A DNA stretch of 32,000 nt from Opitutales bacterium (GTDB lineage: Bacteria; Verrucomicrobiota; Verrucomicrobiia; Opitutales; PNEW01): contig CBDCNV010000002.1 in assembly GCA_965219535.1 (NCBI GenBank), positions 1,650,001-1,682,000 on the forward strand, in the 5' to 3' direction. The notes under the pieces were generated by a model, which was not told the DNA's origin, searched no databases, and saw nothing but the letters and a program-made list of their open reading frames with translations. The translations under genes and the position numbers were made by a program. How positions within the stretch are numbered: position 1 is the first letter of the stretch; the number at the start of each line of letters is the position of its first letter. Below are positions 17,414 through 26,497 of this stretch, piece after piece.

Positions 17414-18766
17414 ATGGATAGTCTTGAGCCCAATTACCTACTTATCATTGGGGTATTATTAGGTGCGCTCATTACATGGATATTGTCCCGCTCCCAAATA
17501 GGGGAATTAAAAGATAGCCTGAGAGTAAAGGAAACTGAGTCATCAACCCGGAATGAGGAAAACCGTATCCTTGGTCAGGAAAAAATCCGTTTAGAAACAG
17601 AATTAGTAAGCGAAAAAGAACGCAGCGAAGAAAAGCAATCGATCTTTGAAGAAGCCGAAAAAAAACTCAGTGATGCTTTTAAGGCTTTATCATCAGATGC
17701 GTTGAAAAGTAATAATCAATCCTTTATTGAGTTGGCCAAAGCAAAGCTGGAACAATTTCAAGAAGGTGCGAAAGGTGATCTGGAGCAGCGACAAAAAGCG
17801 ATCGACCAAATGGTTAAACCTATCCGTGAATCGATCGATAAGGTTGATGTAAAAATTCAGAACCTGGAGAAAGTCCGTGAAGGAGCTTATGCCGGACTAA
17901 CGGAAAAGATAAATAACCTCCTGACGAGCGAAGACAAATTACAGAAAGAAACAGCCAACCTTGTTTCCGCACTCCGCAAACCCAGCGTGCGTGGTTCGTG
18001 GGGAGAAATTCAACTGCGACAGGCCGTTGAATTTGCCGGCATGGTCGAACATTGCGATTTTCTTGAGCAGGAATCTGTGACTGATGGAGACGGACGCTTT
18101 CAGCGGCCGGACATGATTATCAAGCTGCCGAACGGGCGAAATATTGTCATCGATGCTAAAACTCCGATGGAGGCTTATTTGCAATCTCTTGAGTCAAAGA
18201 GCGAAGACGATCGTTTGATAAATCTTAAATCCCATGCCCGTCAACTTCGCGATAAGGTGAAGGACCTGAGTATGAAAAAGTATTGGGAACAGTTTACTCC
18301 CACACCTGAGTTTGTTATTTTATTTTTGCCTAACGAAGCACTTTTCAGTGCCGCCCTTGAGCAAGATGGTGAACTTATAAACTACGGGGCAGAAAATCGT
18401 GTAATCATAGCTACCCCGACTACCTTGATCGCCCTCCTTTTAGCAGTTGCTTACGGTTGGCAGCAGGATACGGTGGCTGAACATGCTCGGCAAATCAGCG
18501 ATTTAGGACGTGATCTGTATGAGCGCATGGGTGTATTAGCCGATCATTTTTCGGCCCTGGGTAAGAACCTGGATCGCACAGTAGATGCCTATAATAAGGC
18601 TGTCCGCTCGACGGAAAGTCGACTTCTGGTTTCCGCTCGGAAATTTAAAGAACTGGGTAGTGGAAGTGAAAGAGAAATTGAACTCCTGGAAACAATTGAC
18701 CATGACACCGCATTGGCTCAGTCCGAGGAGCTAAGTCAAGAAGATGATAAAACAGCAGCACTTTGA
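17414..18766 (+). CDS. rmuC: DNA recombination protein RmuC
   Basis: N-terminal TM helix, a long coiled-coil region, then the RmuC core (RGSWGEIQLRQAVEFAGM ... PDMIIKLPNGRNIVIDAKTP ... FVILFLPNE). Confidence 0.9.
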   Translation: MDSLEPNYLLIIGVLLGALITWILSRSQIGELKDSLRVKETESSTRNEENRILGQEKIRLETELVSEKERSEEKQSIFEEAEKKLSDAFKALSSDALKSNNQSFIELAKAKLEQFQEGAKGDLEQRQKAIDQMVKPIRESIDKVDVKIQNLEKVREGAYAGLTEKINNLLTSEDKLQKETANLVSALRKPSVRGSWGEIQLRQAVEFAGMVEHCDFLEQESVTDGDGRFQRPDMIIKLPNGRNIVIDAKTPMEAYLQSLESKSEDDRLINLKSHARQLRDKVKDLSMKKYWEQFTPTPEFVILFLPNEALFSAALEQDGELINYGAENRVIIATPTTLIALLLAVAYGWQQDTVAEHARQISDLGRDLYERMGVLADHFSALGKNLDRTVDAYNKAVRSTESRLLVSARKFKELGSGSEREIELLETIDHDTALAQSEELSQEDDKTAAL

Positions 18767-18787
18767 TCCTCAATCGAGTATGTAACG

Positions 18788-19063
18788 ATGGACAATCAGG
18801 CTCCGATTGAGTATCCGATCGACGGTACACTTGATCTTCATACTTTTCGTCCGCGGGAAGTTAAGGAACTGATTCGCGATTATCTTACAGCCTGTCATGA
18901 AAAAGAAATTTATTCTGTCTGCATAGTTCACGGTAAAGGTACCGGTGCTTTACGAGAATGTGTACACGCCCAATTATGTAATAATAGTTTAGTCGAAGAT
19001 TTTCGATTGGGTGATGAGTCCAGCGGAGGGTGGGGCGCAACCCTTGTACGCCTCAAACATTAA
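18788..19063 (+). CDS. Smr/MutS2-type small nuclease domain protein
   Basis: LDLHTFRPREVKELIRDYL....VCIVHGKGTGALRECV matches the Smr domain (LDLHG...HGKG). 91 aa. Starts 21 nt after the rmuC stop. Confidence 0.8.
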   Translation: MDNQAPIEYPIDGTLDLHTFRPREVKELIRDYLTACHEKEIYSVCIVHGKGTGALRECVHAQLCNNSLVEDFRLGDESSGGWGATLVRLKH

Positions 19064-19353
19064 GCAGTCATCAGCACCTTATAGCTTCGTCTTCGTCTGC
19101 TTCTTCGTCACTGTTTCCACGGTTTGCATTGGGTTAACAATCAATCCGTATGTAGCATTATGACGCATATAAAGCGGGCGATCCGGTATGGGATTAAAAG
19201 TGTGACAATATGTCCTATATGAGATGCCCACCATTATTATATAAGTAATTAATAATAAGATACTTAAAAATTATTATAAAGCGGCACGTATTATGCACTA
19301 ATACCAGCAACTATCAGTTTAATTAACAAAAAAAACAGAGAAAGGAAAATAGA

Positions 19354-19746
19354 ATGAAATTAATAGATTATATATACCCACAACTTGTCAGGTTCGACAG
19401 ATTCGATAACTTTGACCGTCTTTTGAATCAGAGAGGTCAAGGAAATCGGTTAACCCCGGCTACAAATCTATCCGAGGATGAAGACAACTTCTATGCTCGG
19501 ATCGAACTGCCTGGAGTGAAGAAAAAAGAGATTGAAGTTAAACTCGAAAATGCTGTCTTAACGATAAGTACGAACCAAAATAGATCCGAGAAGGATAGTG
19601 AACAGAGTTATAACTTTAGTCGTTCGCTCTCTATACCGGATGGCATTGAGGGGAATAACATTAAGGCCAATTATGAGGATGGTATTCTCAAAGTGACGAT
19701 CCCAAAAGCCGAAATAAGTAAACCCAAGATAATTACGGTTAATTAA
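19354..19746 (+). CDS. Hsp20/alpha-crystallin family small heat-shock protein
   Basis: The alpha-crystallin domain pattern is present: FYARIELPGVKKKEIEVKLENAVLTIS ... ANYEDGILKVTIPK. A purine-rich GAAAGGAAAA lies upstream of the ATG. Confidence 0.9.
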   Translation: MKLIDYIYPQLVRFDRFDNFDRLLNQRGQGNRLTPATNLSEDEDNFYARIELPGVKKKEIEVKLENAVLTISTNQNRSEKDSEQSYNFSRSLSIPDGIEGNNIKANYEDGILKVTIPKAEISKPKIITVN

Positions 19747-19757
19747 AAAGGATTAAA

Positions 19758-19789
19758 AGACCGGGCTCATTTAAGCCCGGTCTTTTTTT
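19758..19789 (+). terminator. Rho-independent terminator of the hsp20 gene
   Basis: 9-bp stem AGACCGGGC / GCCCGGTCT with loop TCATTTAA, followed by a T7 run, 12 nt after the stop. Confidence 0.85.
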
Positions 19790-20043
19790 ATGTACGGGAT
19801 GGAGCGTTGAAGCGCAAATGCTATACAGAGAAATGGCTGAGAATTTCCTATATAATGTATTTTCTCTTGTTATTTCGAAGGAGGTATAACTGTCAGCGGC
19901 TACCGAGGTAGAAGCCCGACATCTTCTATTCCATGGGGTTGACAATGTGCGTCCGACATTCCCCTGGATCGCCACGGCTGACAATCAGCCTCGCGATGAC
20001 AATTGTATTAAATAAAAAAAAATCCGCGTAACCGCATTCTCGC

Positions 20044-21249
20044 TTACCCCAGACAATGGATGGCAGTTTCGCGCATGACAGATTCCTGTTCATTGGGCCG
20101 TTTAAGTATTTCCTCAAAGGCTTTGATGAAGGAGCATTGAAAATCGATAAGATTTTTCAAGTTCAGGTGAACAGCTGCTTTACCCAGTCGTCCTAAATAC
20201 CAGGGGTTCTGGGTAAAGATGTTAAAATTCGATTTATCATTACTTTCACCAAAGTGCTTTCCATAAGTGCGAGCCGCTTCATCGAGATGGCTCTGATTTA
20301 ACCCCCGTTCACCCAGTCGTATCAACCCGGCATCGTGAATTACACGCAATTGGATCATGAGCCGGTTACGGTTTTGCATAGAGTTGATTAGGGGTCGGGC
20401 ATCGTTATTGTTGAAGAAATGGCGCCGAATGGCATCCAGAGTCCATTCGAGGTCGAGAGTGAAAAAAGCTTCAGCTACTTCGAAGAAATCGCCTTCACCA
20501 AAATTAGGCACCAACTCAGCGACATGGGTTTCTTCGATACAGCCACCCTCTTCACCAAGATAGGTTGCAAGTTTACGCATCTCCTCGACGATGAGACGCG
20601 CGTTTCCGTTGAGTTTTTCAATGAGAATTTTACCCGCATCGGGGTTTATCTCAACACCCAGTTCGAGCCTTTCATCCTCAAGTAACTTAGAGAGATCATT
20701 CTCATTTTTATGGGCCCCATCAATTATATGAAAATCACCATTCGCTTCGCACCACTTGGGAAAACTACGACGACGGTCTATCGGGCAGGCGGTGACAATG
20801 ACAGTGGCACTTTGTGGATCGATTCCTTTTAAAATATCCTGCAATAACGCGACTTGCGATAAGGTTCCTTCGGCATGACCTGTTACCGAATCACCAAGGA
20901 AATTTACATCTTTGAACCAGACGAATTTTTTATTTCCAAATAAGGGCAAGGTTTGCACGGCGTCCCGAAACAAAGAAACAGCTTTTTCTACCTCGGCAAC
21001 ATTTCCCGTCGTTCCACTGATTATCTCTTTGGCAAAATCATCGTCAATATCATGGGTTAATTCATCAAAAATGATTTTGCCTTGCCGGGTAACAAGAAAG
21101 TCATCTGAACCGCAGATAAAAGTGAATGATTTTGAAGCCATGGATGCGTAAACTAAAAGCTGACGGATACAGGATGCAAGAAATTCATTTACCTGATGCC
21201 AGCTACGTTTTTTTACATCTCGGATCCTTTTTTCTGTCTGAGGGCTCAA
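20044..21249 (-). CDS. holA: DNA polymerase III delta subunit-like protein
   Basis: The layout fits HolA. The N-terminal region reads FTFICGSDDFLV... and the C-terminal helical region reads LIVEEMRKLATYLGEEGGCIEETHVAELV..GDFFEVAEAFFTLD...AL. The real start is probably the internal ATG at 21141 (MASKSFTF), giving 365 aa. Confidence 0.6.
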   Translation of the reverse strand: MSPQTEKRIRDVKKRSWHQVNEFLASCIRQLLVYASMASKSFTFICGSDDFLVTRQGKIIFDELTHDIDDDFAKEIISGTTGNVAEVEKAVSLFRDAVQTLPLFGNKKFVWFKDVNFLGDSVTGHAEGTLSQVALLQDILKGIDPQSATVIVTACPIDRRRSFPKWCEANGDFHIIDGAHKNENDLSKLLEDERLELGVEINPDAGKILIEKLNGNARLIVEEMRKLATYLGEEGGCIEETHVAELVPNFGEGDFFEVAEAFFTLDLEWTLDAIRRHFFNNNDARPLINSMQNRNRLMIQLRVIHDAGLIRLGERGLNQSHLDEAARTYGKHFGESNDKSNFNIFTQNPWYLGRLGKAAVHLNLKNLIDFQCSFIKAFEEILKRPNEQESVMRETAIHCLG

Positions 21250-21328
21250 TATTTCTGGTTACAAAATAAAGGTTAGATATTCAAAGTCATATAATTGCTT
21301 TTTACGCCGAATTAGATTAACTTTTTGT

Positions 21329-22243
21329 ATGAAAAAACACAGCTCTCTTTTGCTTCTCATTGTGTTAATCTTCACGTTTTCGCTAATTGCGAATTCCGCA
21401 GAGATTATAAATATAGGGGATTCCAGGGACACCGTCATCTCAGTATTTGGCGCTCCTAGCGGGTGTGTTGAAAGAAGCAATAAGGAAATCCTTTGTTTTT
21501 CAAACGGCGAAGTTACCCTGGTTTCCGGAGTTGTATCGAAGGTTAATCTTAGAAGTAATCAAGAACAGGTTCTCTATCTTGAGCGCAAAATGTCGATGCG
21601 AGAGAATGTAAGACAGCGCATCGATGCACTGGAGAAAAAGCGTGTGGAAAGAGAAAATGAGATAAATCAGAATCAGGGTTACCGGGATGTACTAACGCAA
21701 GAGGCGCAGCAATGGGATAATAATCGGTTGGTCTATCAACGCTCGTCAGGATATCCCCTCGCGAGGAGAGAAAACTTCCATCGCCCATCCTTTTCAAATC
21801 GTTCTCCTGGAATTAGAGGATCGCATTCTCAAAGGTTGAGCAGTTCTAATTTTCGCGGTCGTTCAATTAATGGTAACTCACATATCCCGCGTAATTCAGT
21901 GAATCGTTTTAGTAATGATTTTGGATATCGCCAACAGGTTAACTGTTCAACACCTAACAAAATTACAAACCATAGAGGGCAATCATCCAGGGGAGTGGCA
22001 AGGGGTGGATCGCGATATTATGTTGAGCGCACTAATCAGATAAATAGATCCAGTCACTTCAATACACACCGTAGCGTACACTTAGCAAAATTAAACACAA
22101 CGCAAAGAAATAGTCTTGCTCATGTATCCAATCAGGGCTTCCAAAACCAATCTCAATTTTGCCGCAATCAAAATAACATAATCAGGACGAATCATTTAGT
22201 TAATCATCATGCGGTGCACCGTGCAAAACTAAACCGCCAATAA
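21329..22243 (+). CDS. Secreted hypothetical protein with basic low-complexity C-terminal half
   Basis: Signal peptide MKKHSSLLLLIVLIFTFSLIANSAE, a small globular segment, a coiled-coil-like stretch, then a ~170-aa R/N/S/H/Q-rich region. The motif VH(L/R)AKLN occurs twice. No family recognised. Confidence 0.6.
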   Translation: MKKHSSLLLLIVLIFTFSLIANSAEIINIGDSRDTVISVFGAPSGCVERSNKEILCFSNGEVTLVSGVVSKVNLRSNQEQVLYLERKMSMRENVRQRIDALEKKRVERENEINQNQGYRDVLTQEAQQWDNNRLVYQRSSGYPLARRENFHRPSFSNRSPGIRGSHSQRLSSSNFRGRSINGNSHIPRNSVNRFSNDFGYRQQVNCSTPNKITNHRGQSSRGVARGGSRYYVERTNQINRSSHFNTHRSVHLAKLNTTQRNSLAHVSNQGFQNQSQFCRNQNNIIRTNHLVNHHAVHRAKLNRQ

Positions 22244-22311
22244 GGTTGAGCGATTACCTGGGTAAGCGGACCGACCGCGCTTTCCAATTATTTTCTGGAA
22301 GATAAGAGTGT

Positions 22312-24756
22312 TTATGGAGCTTCTTCTGTCTGTTCTTCCTCGAATAGAACATCCTCTGCTCTTCTGTCTTCATCTGCGCGCTTAATGATTTCAACCTTAT
22401 CGACGAGGAGTAGAAATTCTGATCGATAGCCACCGGTATTATACCCCTGAGCAAGTTCCGCGATATTCTGAACGAGAGATAATGTGCTCGCACTTTTATA
22501 AGGTGAGTTTCTGAGAATCATCCCGAAACTAGCTACCGCGGCAGCGAATCTGAAATCTTCTGAGGCATCTTCAAATTTCAAGTTGTTATCGATAACGGGA
22601 ACTTCGATTAATTCACTTTTGTCCGCATCGGGTTGTTTATAACGCAGTTTCACCGTGAGCAGTTCACGGCTCACATTACCCCGTGAGATTTCTGCAGATT
22701 TTTGATATTTCAAGGCGTCGACATCGGGGAGATCTATTTCGATTGCTGTGGGCACGACTTCATATAGTGCGGTTACAGTGTGACCGGCGCCGATTTCACC
22801 GGCATCCTTGGTGTCGTCGTTAAAATCCTCCGCCGCGAGTTTTCGATTCTCGTAACCGATCAAGCGGTAGGCATGGACCTGCGCGGGGTTGAATTCGACC
22901 TGAATTTTCACATCTTTGGCAATTGTGAACAGGGTGCCAGAGATTTGCTCAACAAACACTTTGCGGGCTTCGCCTAAAGCGTCGATGTATCCATAGTTAC
23001 CATTGCCTTTATTCGAGAGTTCTTCGAGCGTGGCGTCTTTATAATTATTCATTCCGAAACCAAAAATACTCAGGTATATACCACCCCGTGCTTTTTTCTC
23101 GATCATTCGGACGAGATCTCCGCGATTGGTTACTCCGACATTAAAGTCGCCATCGGTGCAGAGAATGACGCGGTTATTGCCATCTTCAACAAAATGTTTT
23201 TGCGCAATCTTATAAGCATCTTCAATTCCTGAACTGGCGTGCGTCGAACCACCGGCGCGTAATCCTGTTATCGCGTGCAATATAGTTTCGCTATTGTTTG
23301 CGGTCGTGGAGGGAAGGGCGATTTGTGAACTGCCGGCATAAGTGACAATTGCAACCCGGTCTTCTTCTCCGAGGCGATTGGCAAGAAGTTCGAGTGACTG
23401 TTTGACGAGCGGCAGCTTATTAATGGGGCTCATCGACCCACTGACATCGATTAAGAAAACGAGATTGCTCGGCGGGCGTTTGTCCCAAGGAACTTCATAT
23501 CCCTTAATACCAATGCGTACCAGCCGGTGATCAGATTCCCAGGGACTGTTTGCCACTTCGACGTGGGTAGCAAAGGGGACCTTTTTATCCGAAGGTGGAT
23601 CATAGTCATAGGTGAAGTAGTTAATCAGCTCTTCAATGCGCACCGCATCGATGGGTGGAAGTTGATTCTGGTTAAGAAAGCGACGCATATTTGCATAGCT
23701 GGCCGTATCTACATCGGTCGAAAAAGTAGAGAGAGGGTTCTGCCCTGCACCGAGGAAAGGATTATCAGTGATCGAATCGTAGCTTTCGGTTTTGAAAGCA
23801 CCATGTGCGATTACTGGCTGTGGACTGGGAGGAGGTCGAAGCGGCGGTTCGGGAACAGGGAGTGAGCGAGGATAATAGGTAGCACCATCCTTTTTGCCGA
23901 CGATTTTACTTTCAAGGATTTGGTTGTTTTCAGAACGTCCGTCAGCCAAACGGTTAAGATAAGAAGGTTTGCGCGCCGTGCTCGTCGGACTGCCATTAGT
24001 TAATTGCCCAGCTACGATGTACGACATCTCTTGCGATACTTCAGGTATGTCACGATGCCTTTTTTCTTTTTCCTGAAGTCGATAATTTGAAGTTACGAGT
24101 TCATCGACAGGGTAGGGCTGCGCTTTTTTTGCCACGTTTTTAACCCTATCGCCTACAGTACCCATCGCGTCGTCAAATTCTTCATTCAGGCCACGTTGGA
24201 TTTCCAGACCAGCCGTAAGTTTATCGGAAGAAACTGCGCCTACTGTAGCCATTTCAGCACTTGCGAGGCCTTCACCTTTCGCGACTATATCATTGGTTTT
24301 CTGATATTTGAGCTGCTGTCGTTCAGATGGTTGAATATTGCGATCCCGGCCTACAGCTTTCGCATCGGAGCGCCCGGGGGTATCCTGTTCAAAATCGGAG
24401 ACCTCTACGGGTTGTCTTACTTTATTCATGGCTGGAATAAACAGCATCGGCACTGTAAGTATCAAGCAAGCGGCCAATGCCAAATAAGGCCAGAACTGTG
24501 ATAGATTACTTTTGGCTGCTGGAGCAGTAGATGCTTGCAAGTGGGTGTCAATTTGTAGCTTTTGCTCATCGGTGAGATCGGCTGCAGGTTCATCTTTTAA
24601 CGCATCTTCGAGAAGACTGGAAACCGATCGAATTTCATCGAGAGATTTCTGCAACTCAGGATTATCGCTAAGCGCTTGTTCCACTTCGGCGCGATCCACT
24701 TCATTATGAAGTTCGCCCAGAGCATAGGCTGTGAATTTTGGATCGTCGGGATTCAT
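22312..24756 (-). CDS. Anti-sigma factor fused to an extracytoplasmic von Willebrand factor A (YfbK-like) module
   Basis: N-terminal anti-sigma-like segment (FTAYALGELHNEVDRAEVEQAL). Single TM helix (FWPYLALAACLILTVPMLFIPAM). vWA N-terminal motif NPLSTFSTDVDTASYANMRRFL. MIDAS motif FLIDVSGSMS. The start overlaps the stop of the upstream ECF sigma gene (ATGA). Confidence 0.8.
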   Translation of the reverse strand: MNPDDPKFTAYALGELHNEVDRAEVEQALSDNPELQKSLDEIRSVSSLLEDALKDEPAADLTDEQKLQIDTHLQASTAPAAKSNLSQFWPYLALAACLILTVPMLFIPAMNKVRQPVEVSDFEQDTPGRSDAKAVGRDRNIQPSERQQLKYQKTNDIVAKGEGLASAEMATVGAVSSDKLTAGLEIQRGLNEEFDDAMGTVGDRVKNVAKKAQPYPVDELVTSNYRLQEKEKRHRDIPEVSQEMSYIVAGQLTNGSPTSTARKPSYLNRLADGRSENNQILESKIVGKKDGATYYPRSLPVPEPPLRPPPSPQPVIAHGAFKTESYDSITDNPFLGAGQNPLSTFSTDVDTASYANMRRFLNQNQLPPIDAVRIEELINYFTYDYDPPSDKKVPFATHVEVANSPWESDHRLVRIGIKGYEVPWDKRPPSNLVFLIDVSGSMSPINKLPLVKQSLELLANRLGEEDRVAIVTYAGSSQIALPSTTANNSETILHAITGLRAGGSTHASSGIEDAYKIAQKHFVEDGNNRVILCTDGDFNVGVTNRGDLVRMIEKKARGGIYLSIFGFGMNNYKDATLEELSNKGNGNYGYIDALGEARKVFVEQISGTLFTIAKDVKIQVEFNPAQVHAYRLIGYENRKLAAEDFNDDTKDAGEIGAGHTVTALYEVVPTAIEIDLPDVDALKYQKSAEISRGNVSRELLTVKLRYKQPDADKSELIEVPVIDNNLKFEDASEDFRFAAAVASFGMILRNSPYKSASTLSLVQNIAELAQGYNTGGYRSEFLLLVDKVEIIKRADEDRRAEDVLFEEEQTEEAP

Positions 24757-25334
24757 GATTGAGATTCTCCGGGTTTTGGCATCAAGTCGTAGTGACTGCC
24801 TAATTCTTTTCGGATGGATTTTATAGCGGAATGCAAGAGGAAGCCGACATTGCTAACGGATAGTTCCGTCACATCGGAAATTTCTTTATAGCTGAGTCCA
24901 TTTTGGAATTTGAGGCGGATAACTTCACGTTGATTAGAGGGGAGAGTATCAAGTGCTTTATGAACCAGCTTTGAACTCTCTTTCTTTTCTGCGGCAATCG
25001 AGGGCGTGGGGTCGAGGGAAGTTTCACGCGCCAAGCTGGAATCTTGAAGTGGTGTCATTCGCCCCTCCTTGCGGTGATAGTCAAGAGCGCGACTGCGGCA
25101 GACTTTAAAGAGCCAGGGTGTGATATAATTTTGGATTTTCTCTCGCTCTTCACGGCAAAGACGTAAAAACGTCTCTTGGACCACATCACGCGCACTTTCA
25201 ATATTACCCGTGATACTAATCGCATAACGGGTAAGAGAAGCAGCATGGCAATCGACCAAAGACCGTACCCAATCCTGATGGCTGGTGCGTGTGTCATCAC
25301 TCATCTCAACTTGTATGTTTTCATCTTCTTTCAT
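24753..25334 (-). CDS. ECF-type RNA polymerase sigma-70 family factor
   Basis: Region 2 is SARDVVQETFLRLCRE...WLFKVCRSRALDYHRK. Region 4 is LPSNQREVIRLKFQNGLSYKEISDVTELSVSNVGFLLHSAIKSIRKEL. Confidence 0.9.
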   Translation of the reverse strand: MKEDENIQVEMSDDTRTSHQDWVRSLVDCHAASLTRYAISITGNIESARDVVQETFLRLCREEREKIQNYITPWLFKVCRSRALDYHRKEGRMTPLQDSSLARETSLDPTPSIAAEKKESSKLVHKALDTLPSNQREVIRLKFQNGLSYKEISDVTELSVSNVGFLLHSAIKSIRKELGSHYDLMPKPGESQS

Positions 25335-25412
25335 AAGGATAACGCACGAAGAGATGATTTATTAGATGAATACATAAATAAATGATATTCAAAAGGATGA
25401 GAAACCAAAGTA

Positions 25413-26378
25413 TCAAATCGCGGTTAGTAGGCGATCCAGACGAGTAAATGTTTCCCCAGGAAAGCCCATGGCTCGTTTAAGCTGATAGTCACGTTCTAGA
25501 ACGTTAGTATGCCTCTGCCAACGCAGCCACGCGCTTATGGGCAAGTGCCCGCGTAAGAAAGGACCCAACCCATTAACCGGAATAGGGTAATCGCTCCCAT
25601 GGATAATACGTTCAACGACCGGGGGCTTTAATATTTTGTGGAGGGTTCGACTTCTTACCGGGCTATTTAACGCACTATTATCACCGTAGAGATTGGGATA
25701 TAGAGGAAACATTTTGAGTAATTGATCAGTATAATCGGGGTCATTAAGACAACTGCGACCGGCGCAGTGAGCGGCGATTACATTGACCCCGCATTCAAGA
25801 GGAAGTTTCAGCGTCAGGGGGTCGGCGTATGCTGCATTAATTACCGGAAGGGTCAATTCTCCACCGGTGTGAGAGAGAAGCACCATACCGTTCTCCGCGA
25901 TTCGATCCCAAAAGGGTTTAAAGCGCGGATCGGAACAATTAATATTCTGACAATTGGGCAACAGTTTTAGCACCCGCGACCCAGCCGCCAGGCACCGATC
26001 TAATTCATCTAAGGCATCGGCACGAGCGGGATGAATGGCGACGGCGGGTATAAATTCTGAATATTCTCGGGCAAGCTTAAGGACGTAGTCGTTAGGGACA
26101 TACACCGCACCGGCGTCCAGGGGATTCCCGTTGTCATCATAGGGTATTTCCATCGCAAGAATGAGTATTGCGTCAAGCGATGAAGCGCGCACCAGCTCCA
26201 CTAAGTGTGAAACATAGCATTCGTCGAGGCAGCCTCGAATAGATGAACGAGGCATTTTAAGTTGCCGGGCTAAGTTATATTCCAGGAACTTGCTCCAAAT
26301 CGAATGAGGTCGATACCAGCAACCGCTTCCGCTACTTCCATCGCCTATAATATGAACATGTCCATCTATTATTCGCAT
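25413..26378 (-). CDS. Amidohydrolase-2 type metal-dependent hydrolase (TIM barrel)
   Basis: The family's metal-ligand pattern is present: MRIIDGHVHI at the N-terminus, internal His residues, and HGSDYP near the C-terminus. Substrate unknown. Confidence 0.75.
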   Translation of the reverse strand: MRIIDGHVHIIGDGSSGSGCWYRPHSIWSKFLEYNLARQLKMPRSSIRGCLDECYVSHLVELVRASSLDAILILAMEIPYDDNGNPLDAGAVYVPNDYVLKLAREYSEFIPAVAIHPARADALDELDRCLAAGSRVLKLLPNCQNINCSDPRFKPFWDRIAENGMVLLSHTGGELTLPVINAAYADPLTLKLPLECGVNVIAAHCAGRSCLNDPDYTDQLLKMFPLYPNLYGDNSALNSPVRSRTLHKILKPPVVERIIHGSDYPIPVNGLGPFLRGHLPISAWLRWQRHTNVLERDYQLKRAMGFPGETFTRLDRLLTAI

Positions 26379-26497
26379 CGTGATACTCGGTGATTATTAA
26401 ACTAATCTTCGGCTTCGTGTTTGTCGTCGTCTTAATCTTAAAATTCGTAACAAATTTTTAATTCAGGGACGCAGAAATTTGAATATCCAATCGCAAT

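Noticed and set aside
20014-20040. T9 run preceded by GCGGTTACGC downstream of holA, considered as an intrinsic terminator.
   Set aside because: Only a 3-bp stem can form. The sequence fits the ATTGCGG-type 7-mer family better than a hairpin terminator.
19790-20043. 250-bp spacer between the hsp20 terminator and the holA-like stop. It contains a perfect AAGGAGG (19878-19884) and three TGACAAT motifs (19940, 19979, 19997).
   Set aside because: The only start available 5 nt after the SD is CTG (19890), giving a 41-aa ORF with no recognisable features. The 81-aa minus-strand ORF runs through the terminator hairpin. The evidence is too weak to call a gene or an RNA.
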